From: a bacterium
GTDB taxonomy: Bacteria; Electryoneota; Electryoneia; Electryoneales; Electryoneaceae
Length of the DNA: 64,000 bases
Assembly (NCBI GenBank): GCA_963669175.1
Contig: OY769902.1
Coordinates: 4,256,001 to 4,320,000 of the forward strand
Direction of reading: 5' to 3'
The translations under genes were made by a program, and so were the position numbers. Below the pieces are notes generated by a model. That model ran no database searches, was not told the origin of the DNA, and saw nothing but the letters and a program-made list of their open reading frames with translations. This document shows positions 10,715 to 20,533 of the stretch, in pieces; within the stretch, counting starts at the first letter, position 1; each line of letters opens with the position of its first letter.

Positions 10715-10921
10715 CCAGCTAACACAAGCAAATAAAGTGTTGCTCAAATAAATGTCCCATCTTGTCATCCCCGGCTTGAACCGTAGCGAAGCGAAGCTTG
10801 CGGTGTGCGAAGCCCAGCCGTGAAACAGGGGCAAAACATATTGATGCGTCACTTCTTCAAGAAGCATATAAAAAAAGGGACACGATTTCTCGCATCCCCA
10901 TGAAAGAACTTCAGTTTGGAT

Positions 10922-11857
10922 CTAGAGGAACTTCTTCACGTCTTCAATCAATCCCTTGACTGCATTTACGGAATTGTCAAACAAGCCCTGTTCTTCATCA
11001 TTGAACGGGTATTCGACAATCTTTTCCACACCGTTGGTGCCGATAATAATCGGGACGCCCATGTAAATGCCTTCGTGTCCGTATTCGCCTTGCAGCCAGC
11101 AGCAGCACGGCAGTACACGGTGGCTGTTCTTGACAATGGCTTCCACCATTTCAACAGCGCCGATTGCCGGAGCCATGTAAGCGGAACCGAATTTCAGCAG
11201 CTTGACGATTTCACCGCCGCCACCGGCAGCACGCTTCACCATGGCGTCGATCTTGTCCTTTGCCACCCAGTGTTCCAGGGGCAAACCGGCGATGGTGGTA
11301 AAACGCGGCAGTGGAACCATGGTGTCCCCATGACCGCCGAGTACCATTGCCTGGATGTCACGCACGCTGACGCCGGTTTCCATGGCGATAAAGGCACGGA
11401 AGCGGGCGGTGTCGAGGATGCCGGCCATACCGAAAACACGTTCCGGCGGAAATCCGGTAACCTTGAGCGCCACATACGCCATGGCGTCGAGGGGATTGGC
11501 CACCATGATCACGATGGCATTCGGGCTCAGCTCTTTCACCTTTTCCATGCAGGGGCGAACAATTGCAACATTCGCTTCCAGCAAGTCATCACGGCTCATG
11601 CCGGGCTTACGTGGACGGCCCGCAGTATGGATCACGATGTCGCTGTCGGCAGTGTCTGCCCAGTCATTGGTACCGGTGACCTTGGTGTCCTTCCCCCAGA
11701 CAGGAGCCGCTTGCCGCTGGTCGAGGCCTTTGCCTGCCGGCATATCCTCCACCACATCGATCAGTACCACTTCCTGCGCCAGTTCTTCGAGCATCAGGGC
11801 CTGTGAAACATGCTCCCCAACATACCCTGCGCCGACTACGGTGATCTTTTTGACCAT
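10922..11857 (-). CDS. mdh: Malate dehydrogenase (LDH-like)
   Basis: KITVVGAGYVG, TAGRPRKPGMSRDDLL, ANPLDAM, GMAGILDTARF, LGGHGDTMVP; start ATG at 11857 behind AGGAG. Confidence 0.95.
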   Translation of the reverse strand: MVKKITVVGAGYVGEHVSQALMLEELAQEVVLIDVVEDMPAGKGLDQRQAAPVWGKDTKVTGTNDWADTADSDIVIHTAGRPRKPGMSRDDLLEANVAIVRPCMEKVKELSPNAIVIMVANPLDAMAYVALKVTGFPPERVFGMAGILDTARFRAFIAMETGVSVRDIQAMVLGGHGDTMVPLPRFTTIAGLPLEHWVAKDKIDAMVKRAAGGGGEIVKLLKFGSAYMAPAIGAVEMVEAIVKNSHRVLPCCCWLQGEYGHEGIYMGVPIIIGTNGVEKIVEYPFNDEEQGLFDNSVNAVKGLIEDVKKFL

Positions 11858-12198
11858 AGTGTCTCTCCTCAACGTTTTGGCGTCTATTGCCCACCAGCGG
11901 CCACCCTCCTCCACCGGTAAGGCATGTCAATGAACCATCGAAAGGGTCAAGTAAAGCGTTTAACCAGTGTTGATGGTAACACACGCGCATGTGTATCTGC
12001 CGCATGAAAAGAGCCCGGTCAACCTCACCAGGCTTGCTCCTCCCTTTGCGGCACTTTTACAGTAGGCTTGCCATAGAACAATCGAATTGAAAAAAAAAAA
12101 TAGATGTTGCGTTGAAAACCGTGAGACAATCAAATCAAAGTTGAGCTGCACTTTTGCGATTGCCGCCGACACGGCAAAGCAAAAAAAACCGCCAAGCT

Positions 12199-12456
12199 TT
12201 ACTCGGCGGGATTTACATGGATCGTACGGTCACGCTTGCCGGCAGTAGAAAACTCTACGATACCGTCTATTTTCGCAAACAGGGTATCGTCGCTTCCCTT
12301 TCCGACATTTCGTCCGGGGTGAAACTTGGTTCCATGCTGCCGAACGATAATGCTGCCCGCGCTGACCATCTCACCGCCATACCGTTTGACTCCAAGAAAC
12401 TGCGGATTGGAATCGCGGCCGTTACGGGAGCTGCCCATTCCCTTCTTGTGTGACAT
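12199..12456 (-). CDS. rpmA: 50S ribosomal protein L27
   Basis: [39 protein letters not shown]. Confidence 0.97.
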   Translation of the reverse strand: MSHKKGMGSSRNGRDSNPQFLGVKRYGGEMVSAGSIIVRQHGTKFHPGRNVGKGSDDTLFAKIDGIVEFSTAGKRDRTIHVNPAE

Positions 12457-12534
12457 GATGAACTCCTTCAGAAAGAAAACCCGGACATTACGCCGTATCA
12501 CACTCGACGCTCAGGTCCGAGATCGTGCACTTCG

Positions 12535-12852
12535 CTACACGTTCAAGCTGGAGACTTCCAACCGTGTCAGGTACTGACGTGCGCTGCCGCGCTTCCGGAA
12601 GCCCTTGCGGCGCTTCTTCTTGAGTACCATGACCTTACGGGTTCTGCGGTGCTCCAGCACCTTTGCCTCAGCCTTTGCGCCTTCCACGTAAGGTGCGCCG
12701 ACCTTTACTGCATCACCGTTGCTAACCAGCAGCAATTTTTCAAGCGTGACGGTTGCACCTTCCTCGTCTTCGAGCCGCGGTACGTCAACAAACTTACCTT
12801 CTTCCAGCTTGAACTGCCGTCCGGCGATTTCTGCTATCGCGTATTTGGACAT
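12535..12852 (-). CDS. rplU: 50S ribosomal protein L21
   Basis: [36 protein letters not shown]; adjacent to rpmA. Confidence 0.95.
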   Translation of the reverse strand: MSKYAIAEIAGRQFKLEEGKFVDVPRLEDEEGATVTLEKLLLVSNGDAVKVGAPYVEGAKAEAKVLEHRRTRKVMVLKKKRRKGFRKRGSARQYLTRLEVSSLNV

Positions 12853-13316
12853 CCTACACTCCGTTTTTTTAAGCAAATTTAAATATACCGCAGATATCCG
12901 TCCCGGTCAACAACCAAAGACGCATACTCCACGAGATGGGGACTGCCCTTCAGGCGGGTTCCCGGCCTATGCCGTTTCACCACTATAACAAATAATATCA
13001 GCCTGTTATCAACAAATCTTCCGCAATTCAAAGCGAAAAACAGATTATACCCTCTGGGGCCTGTAAATATGCAGCTATTTTCACCCTGCGTCAAGCCTTC
13101 CCTGTCTCGTTATCTCTTTCAATTTTTGCAATTTATTTTGAACCTGACAAGGTGTACATTGATATACCATTCTAAATGGATATCTACAGAAATTCAGCGG
13201 AGCTGCTTGTGGGTGGGAAAACCTCAAAAAGTGACCAACTTCGAGCACAGCCTACCAAACTTGAGCAGGGAAATCTGCAATACAGGGACACTATTCAATC
13301 ATCAGGGAAAAAAAGA

Positions 13317-16300
13317 ATGGACAATTTAATCCTGAAAGAAACTATTCATAATGAACTGCTGAAGAAAGCTGTTGATGGCATATCAGTTTCTGATCCGGAT
13401 GGTAAAATCATCATCTGGAATGCAGCCATGGAGGAAATCTCCGGAATACCTGCAATGGATGCCCTGGGACAGAATATCTGGGATATCCAGGTCAGATTCG
13501 CTCCTCCCGGCTCAGATACCACCCAATTGAAAAAGTATATTGAAGCGTTATTTGTCGAAGACCGATTGTCCAACTCCCCCCCAATATTTGATAAACCTCG
13601 TGCAGTACTCATTTACATGCCGGATGGTTCTACGAGAAAAGTGGAACAACAACCCTTTGTAATCCAACTTGAGAATGGTGCAGGGCTGGCGAGTATTCTT
13701 CGAGATGTTACCGACAGGCAAGAAGCACAAGACTCCTTGCGTGCTTTTGAGACGGAATATCAGGACCTCTTTAATCTTGCCCCGGATGCCGTGTTCGTAA
13801 TAAGAAATTCCGATGGCAGAATTCTGGAAGCCAATTTTGCTGCCGAAGCTCAATACGGCTATTCACGCGAAGAATTGCTGAAGTTAAAGAATACCGATCT
13901 ATCAGCAGAGCCCAAACAAACCCGCCAGGCTACAGAAGACAGAAAGACCGAGAAAGTTACTATTCCCATTCGCTGGCACAAGAAGAAGGATGGAACGATC
14001 TATCCTGTAGAAATCACCGCAAGTTTCAGTATATGGCGCGGAGAAGATGTACACCTCGCGATATGCCGCGATGTAACAGAAAGGATAAAATCAGAGAAAG
14101 AATTTGAAAAAAACCGCGCTCAACTGGAGATGACCATAGAAGCAGTGGATCTCGGAACCTGGTCTTTAAATATTACTAATTCTAAACTTGAGTTAGATGA
14201 AAGAACATGTCGTATTTTTGGGATTGATACGAAGCCAGGTTCAGTCAAAGAGGCCATCAACGCTGGAATGATAACACCTGAAGATATGAATCGCGCGCTA
14301 TCAACCTGGGATCATTACTTGCAAGGCCTTAATGCCTTTTTCGAACTTGAGACCAGTACACTTGATCAGTTTGGAAACGAAAGGTGGATGCTTGCCAGGG
14401 GGCGTGTTACTGAGTGGGACAATAATGGCGTTCCATTGTATGCTTCTGGTACAGTAATGAACATAACGCAGCTTAGACGTGCTGAGTCTGATGCCGCTGA
14501 CTATTCCAGGATTCTTGAATCAATTCTGGAGAATCTTCCGATAATCATTGTAAAAATTGGATTTGATCAGACAATACAGACAGTGCTTGGCAAAGGACTG
14601 GAGCTTTCTTCTTATCCGAATAGCGAACTTGTTGGCAGAAGTATCACAAAATTGCTTCCTGATATTACTCCACATTTGGAGAAAGCCTTTTCCGGTCAAC
14701 CAGATCAATTCGAAAGCTCGGGTTCACACAAAGGAAAAAAGTGGTATTTCCAGAATTATATCATGCCCGATAACAATGGCGCGATCTGTGTGCTAATTGA
14801 TATAACTCAACAAAAGCTCTATGAAGAAAAACTGCATAACAGCCGTTCACAATTGCTGCTTGCACAGAAAATCGGGAAAGCCGGAAGCTGGGTCTTTGAC
14901 CTGTCCGAGAAACAGTTTGAAGGTAGCGAAGAAGCCAAGCGAATTTATGGATTGAATCCAGAAATCCCAAGTTACTCAATGAAGACAATCATCAGTCAGA
15001 CCCATCCTGAAGATCGCAAGCTTGTGATGACTGCAATCCGAGGCCTTTTGAAGAACTCGGATGAATACAACATCTCCTATAGAATTCATCAACCCACAAC
15101 GGATAAATGGATTCATGTTCAATCAATTGGTATTTTCGATGCAGCAAGACATCGTGTAATCGGGACAATCAGGGACATTACGGAAGAGACTCGTACTCTG
15201 GAAGCGCTTCGTGAAAGTGAAGCCAAGTACAGGACAATTATCAATACTGCACCCGATGGCGTACAGCTCACCGATAAAAATCTGAACATTCTTGCTGTTT
15301 CTCCTCGATTCCTGACGCTGCTGGGGTATAAAAGCGAAGAGGAATTACTGGGAAAATCTGTAATGGACATGATCAGCAAAGAAGAGGCTGACGCAATTAA
15401 GAATGGAATTGACAGTCTTATGTCCGGTAGTACTCGAAGACATATTCCCCATAAGCTTTTACGTAAAGATGGAAGCTCATTCTATTGTGAAATAAGCAGC
15501 GCCCCAATCTTTGATGATGTTGGTGAAATTATTGGCTTTGTCTCAACATTCAGAGATGTCACTGAACGGTTGAAGGTGGAAGAAGAACAACGAAAATTCC
15601 AGGAACAACTACAACAAACGCAAAAGCTGGAGAGTCTTGGTGTCCTGGCTGGTGGAATTGCGCATGATTTCAACAACCTTCTGGTTGGTATTCTCGGAAA
15701 CGCAGAATTGGCCCAAATGGAGCTTTCTCCGGAATCATCAGTACTCGAGTTTCTTCACGCTATCACTACTGCCGCCACTCGCGCTGCTGATCTGAGCAAA
15801 CAGATGCTGGCCTATTCAGGAAAGGGAAAATTTGTAATTGATACGGTCAACCTGAATGCTATTGTTGATGAAATGACCCATATGCTCGAGATTTCGATCT
15901 CAAAAAGTGTCGTACTCAACTACACTCCATTTCAGGCATTACCAAGTATTGAGGCCGATGCGACTCAGCTTCGACAGGTTATCATGAACCTGGTGATTAA
16001 CGCGTCCGAGGCAATGGAAAACAACAGTGGTGTTATCAGTATCAGAACCGGCGTCATGCGTTGTGACAGAGAGTATCTCAAAGACACGTTGATGAAAGAT
16101 CCCGATCCTGAGAAGGATTATATCTTCCTGGAGGTTTCAGATACCGGGAAGGGAATGTCACGGGGCATTCGTGACAAACTCTTCGACCCTTTCTTCACCA
16201 CCAAGTTCACCGGTCGCGGCCTGGGTCTGGCAGCCGTATTGGGAATTATTCGCAGCCACGATGGCGGGATCAAAGTGACCAGCAAACCGGGAAAAGGCAC

Positions 16301-16754
16301 CACGTTCAGAATTCTGCTTCCGGTCAATACCAACAATACGGATCAACCCGGTGATTCGCGAGAAGTTATTCTACGCAAGAGGCTTTCAGGTACGGTGCTA
16401 CTGGCCGATGATGAACAATATGTTCTCGCCGTTGGTCGTAAAATGCTGGAAAAACTAGGTTTTGTCGTCATCACAGCAAAGGATGGACAAGAAGCTGTTG
16501 ATATTTACAAAGAGGATCCGAACAAATTCGCCCTGGTCATTCTCGATCTGACCATGCCGCATATGGACGGCGAAATGGCTTATGCTGAGATGCAGAAAAC
16601 TGATCCCGATGTATGCGTCCTGTTATCCAGTGGCTACAGTGGACAGGAGATTGAGACCAGGTTTGCGGATACAGGGATCAAGGGATTTGTTCAGAAGCCA
16701 TATAAAATCAATGCGTTGTACCAGGAGGTTATCAAAGCACTAGGGGATGAATAG
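13317..16754 (+). CDS. Multi-PAS hybrid sensor histidine kinase / response regulator
   Basis: Several PAS/PAC repeats, H-box LAGGIAHDFNN, G-boxes DTGKGM/FTTKFTGRGLGL, C-terminal receiver (LADDE, LDLTMP, QKP). Confidence 0.92.
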   Translation: MDNLILKETIHNELLKKAVDGISVSDPDGKIIIWNAAMEEISGIPAMDALGQNIWDIQVRFAPPGSDTTQLKKYIEALFVEDRLSNSPPIFDKPRAVLIYMPDGSTRKVEQQPFVIQLENGAGLASILRDVTDRQEAQDSLRAFETEYQDLFNLAPDAVFVIRNSDGRILEANFAAEAQYGYSREELLKLKNTDLSAEPKQTRQATEDRKTEKVTIPIRWHKKKDGTIYPVEITASFSIWRGEDVHLAICRDVTERIKSEKEFEKNRAQLEMTIEAVDLGTWSLNITNSKLELDERTCRIFGIDTKPGSVKEAINAGMITPEDMNRALSTWDHYLQGLNAFFELETSTLDQFGNERWMLARGRVTEWDNNGVPLYASGTVMNITQLRRAESDAADYSRILESILENLPIIIVKIGFDQTIQTVLGKGLELSSYPNSELVGRSITKLLPDITPHLEKAFSGQPDQFESSGSHKGKKWYFQNYIMPDNNGAICVLIDITQQKLYEEKLHNSRSQLLLAQKIGKAGSWVFDLSEKQFEGSEEAKRIYGLNPEIPSYSMKTIISQTHPEDRKLVMTAIRGLLKNSDEYNISYRIHQPTTDKWIHVQSIGIFDAARHRVIGTIRDITEETRTLEALRESEAKYRTIINTAPDGVQLTDKNLNILAVSPRFLTLLGYKSEEELLGKSVMDMISKEEADAIKNGIDSLMSGSTRRHIPHKLLRKDGSSFYCEISSAPIFDDVGEIIGFVSTFRDVTERLKVEEEQRKFQEQLQQTQKLESLGVLAGGIAHDFNNLLVGILGNAELAQMELSPESSVLEFLHAITTAATRAADLSKQMLAYSGKGKFVIDTVNLNAIVDEMTHMLEISISKSVVLNYTPFQALPSIEADATQLRQVIMNLVINASEAMENNSGVISIRTGVMRCDREYLKDTLMKDPDPEKDYIFLEVSDTGKGMSRGIRDKLFDPFFTTKFTGRGLGLAAVLGIIRSHDGGIKVTSKPGKGTTFRILLPVNTNNTDQPGDSREVILRKRLSGTVLLADDEQYVLAVGRKMLEKLGFVVITAKDGQEAVDIYKEDPNKFALVILDLTMPHMDGEMAYAEMQKTDPDVCVLLSSGYSGQEIETRFADTGIKGFVQKPYKINALYQEVIKALGDE

Positions 16755-16851
16755 CACACACTTGCTCTTCAAGGAAATAAGCATCGTCCCGATGCGATGT
16801 TTATTCCCGTCTGAATCTTACCTACCTTTAGCGGGTTAAATACAGGTCATC

Positions 16852-18036
16852 ATGCAACGCTCACCCCTCATCATAATATTGGCAACCGTGTTTATCGGGC
16901 TGGTGGGATTCGGTATTGTTATCCCACTGCTTCCGGTTTATGCCGAGCAGTATGGCGCCTCCGGTGTCACTGTCGGCCTGTTGATGATGAGCTATTCCCT
17001 CATGCAGTTCCTGTTTGCCCCAGTGGCCGGAAAGCTGTCCGACCGGTTCGGCAGACGCCCGGTTCTCCTACTGGCGCTGACCATTACGACCCTATCCTAC
17101 ATCTTATTCGGATTTGCCGATAATCTTTTTCTGCTTTTCGTAAGCCGTGTCCTCGCTGGACTGGGTGGCGCGGATATTACCGTTGCACAAGCCTATGTAG
17201 CAGATGTTACTCCACCTGAGAAACGCTCCAAAGGGATGGGCATGTTCGGAGCGGCATTTGGAGTTGGCTTTACCCTTGGACCGGCAATCGCGGGCATCCT
17301 TGCGCCAATCGATCAGCGTCTACCGGCGTTTGCTGCGGCGGGGTTTACAGGTCTGACCACGATTTTCGCGCTGTTCATGCTGAAGGAACCTAGAAGTCAT
17401 GCGGACAGACTGGCTTCACGCAAGAACGGTAAAATCAAGCTGCCACGGCCTGTTCTGATAACGACAATCATCAATTTTTTTCATACAGTGGCTCAATCCC
17501 TTCTGCATGGGATGTTTGTTTTATTCACTGTTCATACCCGGGGATGGGATGTTCATGAGAACGGGCTATTTCTTGGTTTGACTGGCATCATTTCCGCTCT
17601 ATTCCAGGGTTTATTGATTGGCCCTCTTACCAAACGATTTGGTCAGACACTGGTTGTAAAAACAGGATTAGTATTCCTGGGATCCGGCTTGTTTATCATT
17701 GGCTTGCAGGATAGTCTTTTCCTCCTGGTTATTGGCGGTATGATCAACGCGATGGGCTTTGCGCTTGCCACTCCTACCCTCGCCAGCCTGGCATCGCTGG
17801 GTTCGCCGAGTCAGCACCAGGGACGTATGCTTGGTATTTATCAGTCGGTGGCCAGCTTGGCTCGCATCACCGGTCCACTTTTGGGCGGCATATTGTTCGA
17901 CCTCCTTGGTCCTACTTCGCCCTTTATTTCAGGCGGCCTGATCGCAGCCCTTGCCCTGCTTGGCTCAATGGCGGCTCTCAGACAAATAGATTTCACCGGC
18001 AATCCCAATCCTCCGGCGCCGGAATCATGTGATTAA
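16852..18036 (+). CDS. MFS transporter (TetA/DHA1-like)
   Basis: Motif A GKLSDRFGRRPVL, antiporter motif GVGFTLGPAIAG, ~12 TM segments. Confidence 0.9.
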   Translation: MQRSPLIIILATVFIGLVGFGIVIPLLPVYAEQYGASGVTVGLLMMSYSLMQFLFAPVAGKLSDRFGRRPVLLLALTITTLSYILFGFADNLFLLFVSRVLAGLGGADITVAQAYVADVTPPEKRSKGMGMFGAAFGVGFTLGPAIAGILAPIDQRLPAFAAAGFTGLTTIFALFMLKEPRSHADRLASRKNGKIKLPRPVLITTIINFFHTVAQSLLHGMFVLFTVHTRGWDVHENGLFLGLTGIISALFQGLLIGPLTKRFGQTLVVKTGLVFLGSGLFIIGLQDSLFLLVIGGMINAMGFALATPTLASLASLGSPSQHQGRMLGIYQSVASLARITGPLLGGILFDLLGPTSPFISGGLIAALALLGSMAALRQIDFTGNPNPPAPESCD

Positions 18037-18113
18037 GCATTGCGCTTAACATTGACCTCCACCAGCGTGAACCGTACCTTTAAAGCTGTGATTTCGTTAC
18101 ATGGGAGCAGCTC

Positions 18114-18674
18114 ATGGATTTGGAAAAAATCAAGAGTGGTGTCAGCCTGATTCTGGAAGGCATCGGAGAAGATGTGAACCGTCCCGGGATCCAGAAAACA
18201 CCAGAACGTGTCGCAACCATGTACGCTGATCTGTTCAGCGGCCTGCATGAGGATCTGGATGCGTCATTTATCACCGAACCCGTTGATAATGAAGATGAAA
18301 TGATCCTGATGCGTGACATTCCTTTCTATTCCTTCTGCGAACATCATATGCTTCCCTTCTGGGGATTTGTGTCCCTGGCTTATATCCCCAAAGACAACCG
18401 AATTGCCGGTTTTTCCACGTTGATTCGTGTGGTCGAGCATTTTGCCAAACGTCCGCAAATCCAGGAACGTATGACCACCCAGATTTGCGAATACCTGGAC
18501 CGTTCCCTCAAACCAAATGGAATCCTGGTCACCATCCGTGCGCATCATCTTTGCATTTCCATGCGAGGCGTGAAGAAGGAACAATCGGAAGCTGTCACCA
18601 GCGCCATGCGTGGTTACCTGCGTAAGCAGGCAACACGTCTTGAAGCTCTAAACCTTCTTAGCAGACGGGATTGA
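18114..18674 (+). CDS. folE: GTP cyclohydrolase I
   Basis: TPERVA, SFCEHHMLPF, RPQIQERMT, HLCISMRGV. Confidence 0.95.
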   Translation: MDLEKIKSGVSLILEGIGEDVNRPGIQKTPERVATMYADLFSGLHEDLDASFITEPVDNEDEMILMRDIPFYSFCEHHMLPFWGFVSLAYIPKDNRIAGFSTLIRVVEHFAKRPQIQERMTTQICEYLDRSLKPNGILVTIRAHHLCISMRGVKKEQSEAVTSAMRGYLRKQATRLEALNLLSRRD

Positions 18675-18675
18675 T

Positions 18676-20346
18676 ATGAGTCCATTGGAACAACTGGACC
18701 ATTACCTGTCCGGGTCAATGGCCTTTGGCATCTTGTTCTACATCAGCGCCACGATACTGGCCTGGGGCGCCTGGACCTTTATCTACTTTGTCTCAAAAGA
18801 CCTTTCACGTAAGGGTTTTATACGCTGGGGAATTCTGTTCACCATGTCCATATGGATGATGTACGGCGTTCAACGCTATCATCATCCGCCCCTGTTTCAA
18901 CCTCAACGCCTCTGGGTGCAACCGTTCACAGTTCCTGACAGTCAGGAACGTGAAGCGGACCTTGCCCGTTTCGCATTTGAAAAAGCCATGATGCGTTTGA
19001 ATGATAAGGTGGTCGGTTTCCAGACAAAACAGTGCGGCGAAGACCTGCTTCTCCGTTTGCCGCCGGATGCGAAAGCGCCACTTCCCAAGGGCGCAAAACT
19101 GATTGGCGCGGCCTGGTCGGTAACCGGTCATTACGAACGTGAAAACGATGAAGTCGCAACGCTCCAGGTCCACGTCAACAAGGTGAACTGGACCGGCGAG
19201 ATTACAACCGGTTTTGATTTCAAGCTGCGCAATTCTGATCCGGCATTCCTGGGCATCCTTGCCGCTCAGACCATGGTTGAGCGTTCCGGTTTGCAGACCT
19301 GGGAAGAGGGTGATTTTGAGCTATTCACGCCCGATGTGATGCAAGCGCTGTGCGTCAATGATACAGCGTCAGAACACACTATCCGTGAAGCGGCTCTGCT
19401 TCGCGCCATCAAAGAAGATTCTACACGTTGGATGGTCTGGGAAGCGTTGGCGGATATGTATTTCTTCTGGCAATGGCCGAACCACAACGGTGAGGCACGT
19501 TCTGCGCTGCAACAGACATTCAGGCTGAATGAAAAGGCCCCACGCGCTAATTATATCAGCGGTCTTTTGCTGTGGCGGGAAGGTGGCCATCGGGAAGAAG
19601 CGATCAGTGGTTTCCGGCGTGCCATGAAATTCGGTCCGCGAGATTCAGATCCCTATCTTGCACTCTCGCGCCTTTCTGACACCGAGCTGAAACAATTGAA
19701 GCTTGGACCCCGCCGAGATGTGCTCGAATTTGCGCTAAGCCTGCGCCCTTCCAATCCCCAGGCGCGTAATGTCCTCTATCATTATTACCGTGATCGCCGT
19801 CTGGAGAAACAGATTGCCCTGGAAGTGGTCAATCGTGGTCTGGAAATCAATCCCAATCAGCCGCGCCTGTTGATGATGCAGGCTGTCGCAGCTATCAAAC
19901 TTCAGCAGAATGACCTTGCCGAAGAAGCCTTGAATACGGTTCTGGCGCAAGACTCAACCAACACAACTGCTTTGTATAACCTGGGTATCGTTTACCGTGC
20001 CAAGGGTGAAGAAGAGAAATCGATTGAGACGTTCAAGAAAGTGGTTGAGCTGAACGGGCCGCCGGATGCGCATTATTACCTTGGCTTGTATTACATGGAC
20101 CACGGTGATAATGAAGAAGCATTCCGCCAGTTCCAGTGGCGCTGGGTAAAACGAACCGGGGAAGATGACGACTGGTTCGCTGTGGCCTCACGTGAACGTA
20201 TGCGCTTGATCAGAACAGGAAAATCGTTGACAGGAATTACCTTGGAAGACTGGGAAGCGCCAGATGCCGATTCTGCCGATGTCGCTCCGGACGTTTTTGA
20301 ATCCTCAGGTGAATTTCAAGATGAGGCGACCTTCATCAAGGGGTGA
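18676..20346 (+). CDS. Membrane-anchored TPR-repeat protein
   Basis: Two N-terminal TM segments, multiple TPR-like helices (ALYNLGIVY, AHYYLGLYY). Confidence 0.7.
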   Translation: MSPLEQLDHYLSGSMAFGILFYISATILAWGAWTFIYFVSKDLSRKGFIRWGILFTMSIWMMYGVQRYHHPPLFQPQRLWVQPFTVPDSQEREADLARFAFEKAMMRLNDKVVGFQTKQCGEDLLLRLPPDAKAPLPKGAKLIGAAWSVTGHYERENDEVATLQVHVNKVNWTGEITTGFDFKLRNSDPAFLGILAAQTMVERSGLQTWEEGDFELFTPDVMQALCVNDTASEHTIREAALLRAIKEDSTRWMVWEALADMYFFWQWPNHNGEARSALQQTFRLNEKAPRANYISGLLLWREGGHREEAISGFRRAMKFGPRDSDPYLALSRLSDTELKQLKLGPRRDVLEFALSLRPSNPQARNVLYHYYRDRRLEKQIALEVVNRGLEINPNQPRLLMMQAVAAIKLQQNDLAEEALNTVLAQDSTNTTALYNLGIVYRAKGEEEKSIETFKKVVELNGPPDAHYYLGLYYMDHGDNEEAFRQFQWRWVKRTGEDDDWFAVASRERMRLIRTGKSLTGITLEDWEAPDADSADVAPDVFESSGEFQDEATFIKG

Positions 20347-20533
20347 AACAACCGCTGTCACATGAATCGTTCCACTAATTCGCTCTCCAAGTGCTTGTAC
20401 TCAAAGAGTCGTCGGGAACTTTCCACTATCCCTTCGGATATAAAAGGCGAAGTTTCAAACGTCAACCGGGTATCCTGGTTGCCACTGATCTGACACCGGG
20501 CCGGGAGAAACAAACGAACCTTGCTAGAAGATT

